64,000 bases of DNA from an uncultured Collinsella sp. (GTDB lineage Bacteria; Actinomycetota; Coriobacteriia; Coriobacteriales; Coriobacteriaceae). Shown here piece after piece: positions 9,985 through 18,151 of the stretch (within the stretch, counting starts at the first letter, position 1; every line of letters begins with the position of its first letter). The notes below the pieces were generated by a model. It was not told the origin of the DNA and did not search any database. It saw nothing but the letters and a program-made list of their open reading frames with translations. Position numbers and translations under genes: made by a program. The stretch covers positions 22,446 through 86,445 of the forward strand of contig CAMQHB010000001.1 in assembly GCA_947001545.1 (NCBI GenBank), written 5' to 3'.

Positions 9985-11238
9985 TTAATCGTTGAAGCGG
10001 GATTGGCGGCCGAAGGAAAGGGCGGTGTCGCCGAATTTGTCTCGGACGGCGTCGATAGCGACCGAGAGGTCGCGACGGTCGCTCGATTGGGCTCCGCGGT
10101 CGTCGACTTCGCAGAACAGGTCAGTCTGGATGCCGCCCTGATGGTCAAAGTCGCTCATGCCGATGCCTGCTAAGCGAACGTGCATTCCTTCCTGCCAGAT
10201 GTTGTCGAGCAGTTCGAGCGCAACTGCTACGAAGATGTTCTCATCGTCGGTCGGATGAGGCAGCCGGCGCTGTGCCGAGCGACCGTTTCCATACGAATAC
10301 TTGAGCTTGAGCGTCACTGTGGCGCCCGTTAGTCCCTGACGGCGCAGGCGGCGTCCCACTGACTCGCCCAGCAGCGCAATCGCTGCCTCAATATCCCCAC
10401 GCTCAGTCAAATCTTTAGCAAAGGTGCGCTCGTTGCTCACCGATTTAACCTCGCGCTCTTCATCGAGACTCGTGACTTCAGAGATTTCGAGTCCCAGCGC
10501 ACGCTGGCGCATGCGTTCGCCGTTGACGCCAAAAATAGAGGCCAAGGTGGATTCCGGTGCACGTGATAGCTCGCCGAGGGTGTAGATGCGCATACGGCGC
10601 AGTCGCTCTTCGGCCGAGCGCCCGATGCCACTCATGGCAGACACTGGTAGCGCGGCCAAAAAGCGCTGCTCGGTTCCGGGGCGCACGATGGTCAGCCCAA
10701 ACGGCTTATCCCGCTCGCTTGCGATCTTTGCAACCGTCTTGTTGCAGCCCACGCCAATGGAGCACGTCACTCCCAGCGCTGCCACGCGGTCGCTTATACG
10801 CCGCGCAACCAACAGCGGGTCTTCGGGCGCAAAGCGACCCGGTGTGATATCGATAAAGGCTTCGTCGATGGATACGCGCTCAACACGTGGGGTCTCGTTG
10901 GCGAGAATCGCCATGACCTGCGCGCTCACCTCGCGGTAGCGATCAAAGTGCCCGTGCGTCCAAATGGCTTGCGGACACAAGCGCCGCGCCTCGGCCGAGG
11001 CCATGGCAGAGTGCACGCCAAAGCGACGTGCCTCATACGAACACGTGGACACGACGCCACGCGAATCGGCGTCTCCGCCCACGATGAGCGGCTTTCCGCG
11101 CCATTCGGGATGATCGAGCATCTCCACGCTCGCAAAAAACGCATCGAGGTCCATCAGGCCCACCGCCGGACCCGTCCAGGGAGGCGGCGTGACGCCCATG
11201 GCATCCTCATAACCGTATGTATGTTCGCGTCTATCCAT
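9985..11238 (-). CDS. dinB: DNA polymerase IV (Y-family)
   Basis: It has the MDLDAFFASVE catalytic motif, plus SIDEAFIDIT and SIGVGCNKTVAKIAS. Confidence 0.93.
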   Translation of the reverse strand: MDRREHTYGYEDAMGVTPPPWTGPAVGLMDLDAFFASVEMLDHPEWRGKPLIVGGDADSRGVVSTCSYEARRFGVHSAMASAEARRLCPQAIWTHGHFDRYREVSAQVMAILANETPRVERVSIDEAFIDITPGRFAPEDPLLVARRISDRVAALGVTCSIGVGCNKTVAKIASERDKPFGLTIVRPGTEQRFLAALPVSAMSGIGRSAEERLRRMRIYTLGELSRAPESTLASIFGVNGERMRQRALGLEISEVTSLDEEREVKSVSNERTFAKDLTERGDIEAAIALLGESVGRRLRRQGLTGATVTLKLKYSYGNGRSAQRRLPHPTDDENIFVAVALELLDNIWQEGMHVRLAGIGMSDFDHQGGIQTDLFCEVDDRGAQSSDRRDLSVAIDAVRDKFGDTALSFGRQSRFND

Positions 11239-11282
11239 GTCATGAGTATACCGCGCAGCTCATGTGGGGTGCGTGTATGTGC

Positions 11283-11310
11283 TTGCAAATCCCGAATTCT
11301 TGTCTAAGAT
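11283..11310 (+). promoter_or_regulatory. candidate sigma-70-type promoter for the rpsP operon
   Basis: TTGCAA, a 16-nt spacer and TAAGAT lie in the AT-richer divergent region between dinB and rpsP. Confidence 0.3.
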
Positions 11311-11439
11311 ATGGATTTGCCCTCGACTACACCGAAGAAGTTGGTCTCACGGACTTCACCTGCCCGCGTCGATGGCGTATTATGTTCAACTGTTTGTTTG
11401 TAGTTGCAGCCTAAAGCTGCTTGGTTGGAGGAGTTTCCT

Positions 11440-11781
11440 TTGGCAGTCAAGATTCGCCTTGCTCGTCACGGCGCTAAGAAGCGTCCGTACTACCGTGTCG
11501 TCGTCGCCGATTCCCGCGCCCCGCGTGACGGTCGTATCATCGAGGAGGTTGGCCGCTACAACCCGATGACCGCCCCCAAGACCATCAACCTCGACCTCGA
11601 GAAGATCGCCGACTGGCAGTCCAAGGGCGCTCAGCTCACCGACGCCGTCGCCGCTCTGGTCAAGGCCGCCAACGAGGGCGAGAAGACCGAGACCGTCGTC
11701 AAGAAGTCCAAGAAGCAGCTCGCCAAAGAGGCCGAGGCCGCTAAGGCTGCCGCTGAGGCCGCTGAGGGCGCCGAGGAGTAA
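11440..11781 (+). CDS. rpsP: 30S ribosomal protein S16 with Ala/Glu/Lys-rich C-terminal tail
   Basis: (M)[25 protein letters not shown] matches S16. A TTG start at 11440 is preceded by ggaggag. The ORF-track start at 11404 is a likely over-extension. Confidence 0.92.
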   Translation: MAVKIRLARHGAKKRPYYRVVVADSRAPRDGRIIEEVGRYNPMTAPKTINLDLEKIADWQSKGAQLTDAVAALVKAANEGEKTETVVKKSKKQLAKEAEAAKAAAEAAEGAEE

Positions 11782-11823
11782 ATCGTGCCTGAGGTTGACG
11801 CTGCACAGCTCGAGGGTGAGGCA

Positions 11824-12069
11824 ATGCTCTCAGATCGCATCGCCGATCTCGTCGAATATCTCGTTGTTCAGATCGTCGACGACCCGGATTCCGTGAGCCT
11901 TGAGGTCATCGATGGTGACGACGCCTCCACGATTGAGGTTTCGGTCGCCGAGGATGACGTCGCTAAGGTCATCGGCCGTCGTGGCCGTACCATCAAGGCC
12001 ATTCGCACGCTCGCCCGTGCACTGGCCGCTCGCCTCGACACTGCTGTCGAGGTAGAGGTTCTGGGCTAG
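11824..12069 (+). CDS. KH-domain RNA-binding protein (YlqC family)
   Basis: The sequence LVEYLVVQIVDDPDSVSLEV...VIGRRGRTIKAIRTLAR contains a GxxG KH motif. The alternative GTG start is at 11785. Confidence 0.85.
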   Translation: MLSDRIADLVEYLVVQIVDDPDSVSLEVIDGDDASTIEVSVAEDDVAKVIGRRGRTIKAIRTLARALAARLDTAVEVEVLG

Positions 12070-12073
12070 GACC

Positions 12074-12595
12074 TTGAGGTCCCAGTACAAAAACATCGCC
12101 CGTGTGGTCAAGCCGCACGGAAGGAAGGGGGAGGTCCTCGCGCAGCCGCTGCGGGGGCTTCCTTCTGTATTAGAGCCGGGCATGCGCGTCGCCCTGACGC
12201 CGCCGGCGCTCAAGCGCGACCGCTTTTGCACGGTCGTGTCCGTCACCGATACGGGCGATGGCGATCTGGTCTCGTTTGAGGGCATTGACGACTTGACGGC
12301 CGCCGAGGGCATCACGGGATGCTACGTGCTAGCAAATCGTGACGACTTTGAGCTCGATTCGCTCGACGCTGCCTATACCGACCTGTTGGGTCGTGAGGTG
12401 GTCGACGAGCGCTTCGGTTCGCTCGGCACGATCGTCGAGATTATGTCGACGCCCGCTAACGATGTTTGGGTTGTCGAGGGTGATCGGTACGGCGAGGTAC
12501 TGATTCCCGTGATCGAGCAGGTCGTGCTCGATCTTCCCGACACAGGAACAATTTCCGTCCACGTTATGGACGGCCTGATCGATATGGACAAGTAG
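12074..12595 (+). CDS. rimM: 16S rRNA processing protein RimM
   Basis: IARVVKPHGRKGEV matches RimM and there is a PRC-barrel C-terminus. The position between rpsP/KH and trmD is conserved. Confidence 0.9.
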   Translation: MRSQYKNIARVVKPHGRKGEVLAQPLRGLPSVLEPGMRVALTPPALKRDRFCTVVSVTDTGDGDLVSFEGIDDLTAAEGITGCYVLANRDDFELDSLDAAYTDLLGREVVDERFGSLGTIVEIMSTPANDVWVVEGDRYGEVLIPVIEQVVLDLPDTGTISVHVMDGLIDMDK

Positions 12596-12605
12596 GGAGG
12601 AAAAC

Positions 12606-13364
12606 ATGCTGATCGAGACCCTTTCGGTCTTTCCCGAGATGTTTGAGCCCGTCATGTCCACATCGATCTTGGGCCGCGCCCGCAAGGCCGGCCTTTTTGA
12701 TTTTAAGGCGTATAACCTGCGCGACTGGACGCACGACCGCCATCGTACCGTCGATGACGAGCCGTACGGCGGCGGGCAGGGCATGCTCATGAAGGTCGAG
12801 CCTATCGCAGAGGCCATCGAGGCTATTAGCTCCGAGGGTCCCAAGCCCACGGTTGTGTTCTTTACCCCCTGTGGCGAGCCTTTTACGCAGCATGTGGCCG
12901 AGCGCCTGCTCAAAAGTGAGCGCCTGCTGTTTGTGTGCAGTCGCTACGAGGGCGTCGACGAGCGTGCGTATGCGTATGCCGATGAGCGTCTGTCGATCGG
13001 CGACTACGTGCTTACGGGCGGCGAGCTGCCTGCCATGGTCGTTGCCGATGCCGTCGTACGCCTGATTCCCGGCGCCCTGGGCGACGAGATGAGCAACGTC
13101 GACGAGTCGTTCTCGACCGCCGAGGACGGAGGACTGCTCGAGTACGCGCAGTACACCCGCCCCGCCGAGTTCAACGGCGAGGGCGTGCCGCCGGTGCTTG
13201 TGAGCGGCGATCACGCCAAGGTCGATGCCTGGCGCCGTAAGAATGCCATCGAGCGCACCTGCCGCTGGCGTCCCGACCTGATCGAGACAGCGCGGCTCAC
13301 GCCCGAGGAGCGTGCTTACGCGCAGGAGATTCTGGACGCTTCGTATTCGCAGAGCGAGGAGTGA
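12606..13364 (+). CDS. trmD: tRNA (guanine37-N1)-methyltransferase
   Basis: Motifs seen: IETLSVFPEMFEP, DDEPYGGGQGMLMK and LSIGDYVLTGGELPAMV. Confidence 0.95.
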   Translation: MLIETLSVFPEMFEPVMSTSILGRARKAGLFDFKAYNLRDWTHDRHRTVDDEPYGGGQGMLMKVEPIAEAIEAISSEGPKPTVVFFTPCGEPFTQHVAERLLKSERLLFVCSRYEGVDERAYAYADERLSIGDYVLTGGELPAMVVADAVVRLIPGALGDEMSNVDESFSTAEDGGLLEYAQYTRPAEFNGEGVPPVLVSGDHAKVDAWRRKNAIERTCRWRPDLIETARLTPEERAYAQEILDASYSQSEE

Positions 13365-13930
13365 GGATGGTTCCATCGCAGCATTCCGTGCTAAAGGGTG
13401 CGTTTGAGTGGATCGTGGTCGTCGCGATCGCACTGGTCGCTACCTTCTTGATTCGCTCGTTTGTGGTCGAACCCTTTGTGGTACCCACCGGTTCCATGGA
13501 GTCCACGATCGAGATTGGCGACCAGATCCTGGCACAAAAGGTGAGCCTCGAGCTCGGTCAGCCCGTCAAGCAGGGCGATATCGTGGTGTTTCACAACCCC
13601 GATGGCACCTCCGAGCATGATGTTCTTGTCAAGCGTGTTATTGCCACGGCCGGGCAGACGGTCGACCTGCAGGATGGCAAGGTGGTCGTTGACGGCCAAG
13701 CGCTCGACGAGGACTATACGACGGGCATGAGCTGGCCACTTTCGGTCCAAGCGCCCGGCGCTCAGGTAAGCTATCCCTACACCGTTCCCGACGGGTGCGT
13801 GTGGGTGATGGGCGACAACCGCGAGAACTCTGCTGACTCCCGCTACTTTGGCCCGGTCGACCGCTCCGAATTGATCGCCGTGGCGCTCGTGCGTTACTGG
13901 CCGCTCAACCGTCTGGGCGCTATCGACTAA
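13361..13930 (+). CDS. lepB: signal peptidase I
   Basis: It has an N-terminal TM segment. PTGSMESTI holds the catalytic Ser, KRVIATAGQ the Lys box, and GDNRENSADSRYFGPV is also present. Confidence 0.93.
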   Translation: MRMVPSQHSVLKGAFEWIVVVAIALVATFLIRSFVVEPFVVPTGSMESTIEIGDQILAQKVSLELGQPVKQGDIVVFHNPDGTSEHDVLVKRVIATAGQTVDLQDGKVVVDGQALDEDYTTGMSWPLSVQAPGAQVSYPYTVPDGCVWVMGDNRENSADSRYFGPVDRSELIAVALVRYWPLNRLGAID

Positions 13931-13989
13931 AAACCGCTATAGTACAGTACCTAACCGTGTAATCGTTTCGACGAGGGGATATTAGAGGC

Positions 13990-14901
13990 ATGAACGCTTC
14001 ATCGCTTTCCTTCCAAGACATCATCCTGCGCCTCCAGCAGTACTGGGGCGAGCAGGGCTGCGTCATTATGCAGCCCTATGACTCCGAGGTCGGTGCCGGT
14101 ACCTTCCATACCGCGACCACGCTGCGCTCGCTCGGTCCCGCCGAGTGGCGCACCTGCTATGCGCAGCCCTGCCGCCGTCCCGCCGACGGCCGCTACGGCG
14201 AGAACCCCAACCGCATGCAGCACTACTATCAGTTCCAGGTGCTCATCAAGCCGTCGCCGGTCAACGCCCAGGAGCTCTACCTGGGGTCTCTTGCCGCCAT
14301 TGGCCTGGACCCCAACGACCATGACGTCCGCTTTGTCGAGGACGACTGGGAGAGCCCGACGCTCGGCGCCTGGGGCCTTGGCTGGGAGGTCTGGCTCAAC
14401 GGCATGGAGGTCACGCAGTTTACGTACTTCCAGCAGGTGGGCGGCATCGAGGTCGACCCCGTGCCCGTCGAGATCACCTATGGCCTGGAGCGCATCGCCA
14501 TGTATGCGCAGGGCGTCAACTCGGTCTACGACTTGGTGTGGAGCTACCTGCCCGACGGCACGCCCATGACCTATGGCGACGTGTTCCTCGAGAACGAGCG
14601 CGAGTTCAGCGCCTACAACTTTGAGGTCGCCAACGTCGAGATGATGCGTCAGAAGTTTGACGACTACGAGGCCGAGTGCCACTCCTGTCTGGAGCGCAAG
14701 CTGCCGCTGCCGGCGTACGACTGCGTCATGAAGTGCAGCCATGCGTTCAACCTGCTCGATGCCCGTGGCGCGCTGTCCGCGGTCGAGCGTGCCAACTACA
14801 TCCTGCGCGTCCGCGCCGTCGCCAAGGCGTGCTGCGAGGCCTACATGGCCGAGGTCGCCGGAGTCAACGAGAATGCCGACCAGGAAGGCGAGGTGGCGTA
14901 A
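13990..14901 (+). CDS. glyQ: glycine--tRNA ligase alpha subunit
   Basis: [17 protein letters not shown]...[14 protein letters not shown]...YYQFQV is the canonical GlyQ sequence. Confidence 0.96.
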   Translation: MNASSLSFQDIILRLQQYWGEQGCVIMQPYDSEVGAGTFHTATTLRSLGPAEWRTCYAQPCRRPADGRYGENPNRMQHYYQFQVLIKPSPVNAQELYLGSLAAIGLDPNDHDVRFVEDDWESPTLGAWGLGWEVWLNGMEVTQFTYFQQVGGIEVDPVPVEITYGLERIAMYAQGVNSVYDLVWSYLPDGTPMTYGDVFLENEREFSAYNFEVANVEMMRQKFDDYEAECHSCLERKLPLPAYDCVMKCSHAFNLLDARGALSAVERANYILRVRAVAKACCEAYMAEVAGVNENADQEGEVA

Positions 14902-14904
14902 GCC

Positions 14905-17001
14905 ATGGCAGACGCTAAGGATTTCCTGTTTGAGATCGGTACGGAAGAAATGCCCTCCGCACCGCTGAACAATGCCGTCAAGCAGCTTGGCACCATGATC
15001 GCCAAGGGTCTCGACGAGGCCGGTCTGGCCCACGGCGAGGTCCGCGTGATCTCGAGCCCGCGCCGCCTGGCTGCGCTCGTTGCCGACGTCGCCACCGCGA
15101 CCGACGAGGTTCACGAGGTCAAGCGCGGCCCCGCGGCAAACATTGCCTTTGATGCCGACGGTAACGCCACCAAGGCCGCCCAGGGCTTTGCCCGCAAGTG
15201 CGGTGTGGCTGCCGAGGACCTGGTCCGTCGCGAGGACACCGACGGCCGCGAGTACGTGTTCGCCGAGAAGAACATTCCCTCCGCACCGGCTACGCCGATT
15301 CTGACCGCTCTGTGCGAGAAGACCATCGCCGGCCTGCAGTGGCCCAACTACCGCAGCCAGCGCTGGGGTCACGAGCACGCGACGTTCGTGCGCCCGGTCC
15401 GTTGGATCTGCTGCCTTTTGGGCGAGGATGTTGTGCCCGTGTCGTTTGCCGACGTGACGAGCGGCAACACCACGCGTGGTCATCGCGTGCTTGGCCCCGG
15501 TGACCATGTGGTTGCCAGCCCCGCCGTCTACGAGCAGGTGCTTGAGGACGCCGGCGTGCTTTCTGCCGAGCGTCGTCGTGAGGCCATCCTTGCCGGTATC
15601 GCCGAGGTCGAGGCTGCCCGTCCCGGCTGCCATGTCGATACGCCCAAGAAGGTCTTTGAGGAGGTTATCAACCTCTGCGAGTGGCCGACGGTGCTCGTCG
15701 GTACCTTCGATGAGGAGTTCCTCAAGGTCCCGCACGAGATTATCTGCGAGTCCATGCTCACCAACCAGCGCTACTTCCCGATCTATGACGGCGAGGGCAA
15801 ACTCACGCGTGAGTTCGTGGTCGTCTCCAACAGCAAGCCCGAGAACGCCGAGCGAGTGATCGACGGCAACGAGCGCGTTGTGCGTGCCCGTCTGGACGAT
15901 GCCAAGTTCTTCTACGAGGAGGACCTGAAGATCTCCCTCGACGAGTTCCGCGAGCGTCTGGCCAAGGTCGCCTTCCAGGAGAAGCTCGGTAGCGTGCTCG
16001 CCAAGTCCGAGCGCATTGAGCAACTCGCGCTTGCCATCGCTCGCGAGGCCCATCTGGGCGCCCACCTGGCCGCCGATGCCGCTCGCGCCGCGCACCTGTG
16101 CAAGGCCGACTTGGTATCCAACGCCGTCGTCGAGTTCACGAGCCAGCAGGGCGTGATGGGCGGTTACTACGCCACCGCGATGGGGGAGAACGACGAGGTC
16201 GCCCACGCCATTCGCGATCATTATCGTCCCCGCTTTGCCGGTGACGAGCTGCCCGAGGGCACCGCTGGCTGCATCGTGGCCTGCGCCGACAAGCTCGATA
16301 CCATCGCCGGTATCTTTGCCATTGGCGAGCCCCCGACCGGCTCCTCCGACCCCTACGCGCTGCGTCGTGCCGCTATCGGCATCATCAACATCCTACGCGA
16401 CCGCCTGCCGATCGACCCCACGTCGCTCATCGACTTCGCCCTCGAGCTCTACAGTGAGCGGGGCATTGAGTTCGACGCCGCCGAGGTCGCCCAGCAGGTT
16501 CGTGACTTCTTCCATGGCCGCCTGGTGAGCATGGCCCGCGACGAAAAGGTCCCGGCCGATACCGTTGCCGCCGTCTCCGCGGTGCACATCATCGCTCCGT
16601 CCGTCTTCTTCGCCCGCTGCGCCGCCCTCGACGAGGCCCGCAAGAACGACGCCGAGACCTTTGACAACCTGGCGACGGCCTATGCCCGTGCCGCGCATAT
16701 CTCCAAGCCCGAGCTGGGTGTGGAGTACGACCGCAGCCTGATGGGCGAGGTCGAGCTCGCGCTTGCCGATGCCTCCGAGGCTGCTCAGACCGCTGTAGAT
16801 GCCGCCCTCGCTGCCGAGGATTACCCGGCCGCATTTGCTGCCCTCGCCGCCCTGCGCGCGCCCATCGACCGTTTCTTCGACGAGGTTATGGTCATGGATA
16901 AGGACGAGCAGCTTCGCGATAATCGCCTTAAGCTGCTCAACCGCTTCGAGGCCGTTTTCTCCGGCATCGCAAACATCGGTGAGCTTGCTCGCAAAAAGTA
17001 A
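14905..17001 (+). CDS. glyS: glycine--tRNA ligase beta subunit
   Basis: 698 aa. It begins LFEIGTEEMP, contains GFARKCG and lies directly after glyQ. Confidence 0.95.
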   Translation: MADAKDFLFEIGTEEMPSAPLNNAVKQLGTMIAKGLDEAGLAHGEVRVISSPRRLAALVADVATATDEVHEVKRGPAANIAFDADGNATKAAQGFARKCGVAAEDLVRREDTDGREYVFAEKNIPSAPATPILTALCEKTIAGLQWPNYRSQRWGHEHATFVRPVRWICCLLGEDVVPVSFADVTSGNTTRGHRVLGPGDHVVASPAVYEQVLEDAGVLSAERRREAILAGIAEVEAARPGCHVDTPKKVFEEVINLCEWPTVLVGTFDEEFLKVPHEIICESMLTNQRYFPIYDGEGKLTREFVVVSNSKPENAERVIDGNERVVRARLDDAKFFYEEDLKISLDEFRERLAKVAFQEKLGSVLAKSERIEQLALAIAREAHLGAHLAADAARAAHLCKADLVSNAVVEFTSQQGVMGGYYATAMGENDEVAHAIRDHYRPRFAGDELPEGTAGCIVACADKLDTIAGIFAIGEPPTGSSDPYALRRAAIGIINILRDRLPIDPTSLIDFALELYSERGIEFDAAEVAQQVRDFFHGRLVSMARDEKVPADTVAAVSAVHIIAPSVFFARCAALDEARKNDAETFDNLATAYARAAHISKPELGVEYDRSLMGEVELALADASEAAQTAVDAALAAEDYPAAFAALAALRAPIDRFFDEVMVMDKDEQLRDNRLKLLNRFEAVFSGIANIGELARKK

Positions 17002-17035
17002 GCCAGCCTGCGCATAAGCGCAAAAGGAGCCCCGC

Positions 17036-17902
17036 ATGGATTGCCCGGTCACCGCTCGTCCCACCGTTATCGTTATCTCCGACTCGCTCGGTGATACCGC
17101 TTGTGAGGTGGTGCTTGCGGCGTCCGGGCAATTTGATGAAGGGGCTTTTCGTCTCTTGCGCCTGCCCAAGGTGAACTCGGTGGAGCAGGTCAAGTCGTTT
17201 GTGGGTCCGCGCGTCGATGCCGATCATCGCGATATTGCCGTGTTCCACACCATTGTCGATCCGGCGCTTCGCGCCCGTGTGCTCGATTACCTGGGCATGC
17301 TGCATATCCGTTCGGTCGACCTGATCGGCCCGACGCTCGCCGTGCTGTCGTCGCTCATCGGTGTGCCGCCCAAGGGCGTTGCGGGCGTGATTCACAAGAC
17401 CGATGACCGCTATTTCCATCGTATCGAGGCCATGGAGTATTTCGTTGAGCACGATGACGGGCGCGGCTGCGACGATCTGTCGGGTGCCGATATCGTGCTG
17501 CTGGGCGTATCGCGCACGTCCAAGACGCCGCTGTCGATGTTTTTGGCCTTTCAAGGTTACAAGGTTGCCAATGTTCCGTTGGCCCATGGCATGGAGCCGC
17601 CCAAGTCAATTTACGAGGTCGACCCGATGCGTTTGTTTGGCCTGATTTCGACCGTCGACGTTATTTCCGAGATTCGCGATAGCCGCTTGGGCGATGACTA
17701 CGCCCGTGCCGTTGCCGGCTCCTATGCCGAGCCCGAGAGCGTGCACAGCGAGCTCGAGGAAGCCCGTGCCCTCATGAAGCGCCTAGGCTGCTTTGTGGTG
17801 CGTACCGACGGCAAGGCCATCGAGGAAAGCGCTGCCGAGATCATTAGCCACTTGGAGGAAATCCAAGAAGCCCGTGCCCGCCGCGCCGCCCGTCGAGCCT
17901 AA
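17036..17902 (+). CDS. pyruvate, phosphate dikinase regulatory protein (DUF299 kinase/pyrophosphorylase)
   Basis: It has the LLGVSRTSKTPLSMFLA P-loop of the PpsR/PDRP family and lies upstream of ppdK. Confidence 0.88.
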   Translation: MDCPVTARPTVIVISDSLGDTACEVVLAASGQFDEGAFRLLRLPKVNSVEQVKSFVGPRVDADHRDIAVFHTIVDPALRARVLDYLGMLHIRSVDLIGPTLAVLSSLIGVPPKGVAGVIHKTDDRYFHRIEAMEYFVEHDDGRGCDDLSGADIVLLGVSRTSKTPLSMFLAFQGYKVANVPLAHGMEPPKSIYEVDPMRLFGLISTVDVISEIRDSRLGDDYARAVAGSYAEPESVHSELEEARALMKRLGCFVVRTDGKAIEESAAEIISHLEEIQEARARRAARRA

Positions 17903-18151
17903 TAGTAGCAGCATTTTGATAAAGCGATTTAGCAAAAATATCGCATCTGACCTGCACCTTCTTACAATGGTATCTTCATAAGGTAACCACCTTTACCTAC
18001 CGTTTACCGCCAGTTTTAGCACGTTTACCAAACCGCGCATCCTCTGCTTAAGCCCGCTCAAAACCCGCCGTATAGTTCCCTCACGGCCCGCATCTGGCGG
18101 GTCGATTCGTTACCACGGTCGTGCGCGTAAGTGCATGGAAGGGGAAGTATC

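Noticed and set aside
11239-11439. Looked for a LexA/SOS box (GAAC-N4-GTTC or TCGAAC-N4-GTTCGA) upstream of dinB.
   Set aside because: No such palindrome was found by eye in the divergent dinB/rpsP region. Only isolated gttc/gaac half-sites occur.
13931-13989. Looked for a T-box leader upstream of glyQS, and likewise upstream of proS.
   Set aside because: Only about 60 nt separate lepB and glyQ, and proS abuts ispG. That is far too short for a T-box riboswitch, and no T-box-like conserved sequence is present.
13999-16221. 740-aa minus-strand ORF antisense to glyQ/glyS. Similar giant antisense ORFs occur at 3153-4967 (-), 18830-20767 (-), 35270-37825 (-), 39396-41735 (+), 50053-51534 (-), 56968-58272 (-) and 61850-63895 (-).
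   Set aside because: Each lies opposite a gene with unmistakable conserved motifs. Their translations are low-complexity (G/A/R/H/D/L/V-rich) with no recognisable motifs. Stop-free antisense frames are expected in GC-rich DNA with GC-biased third codon positions.
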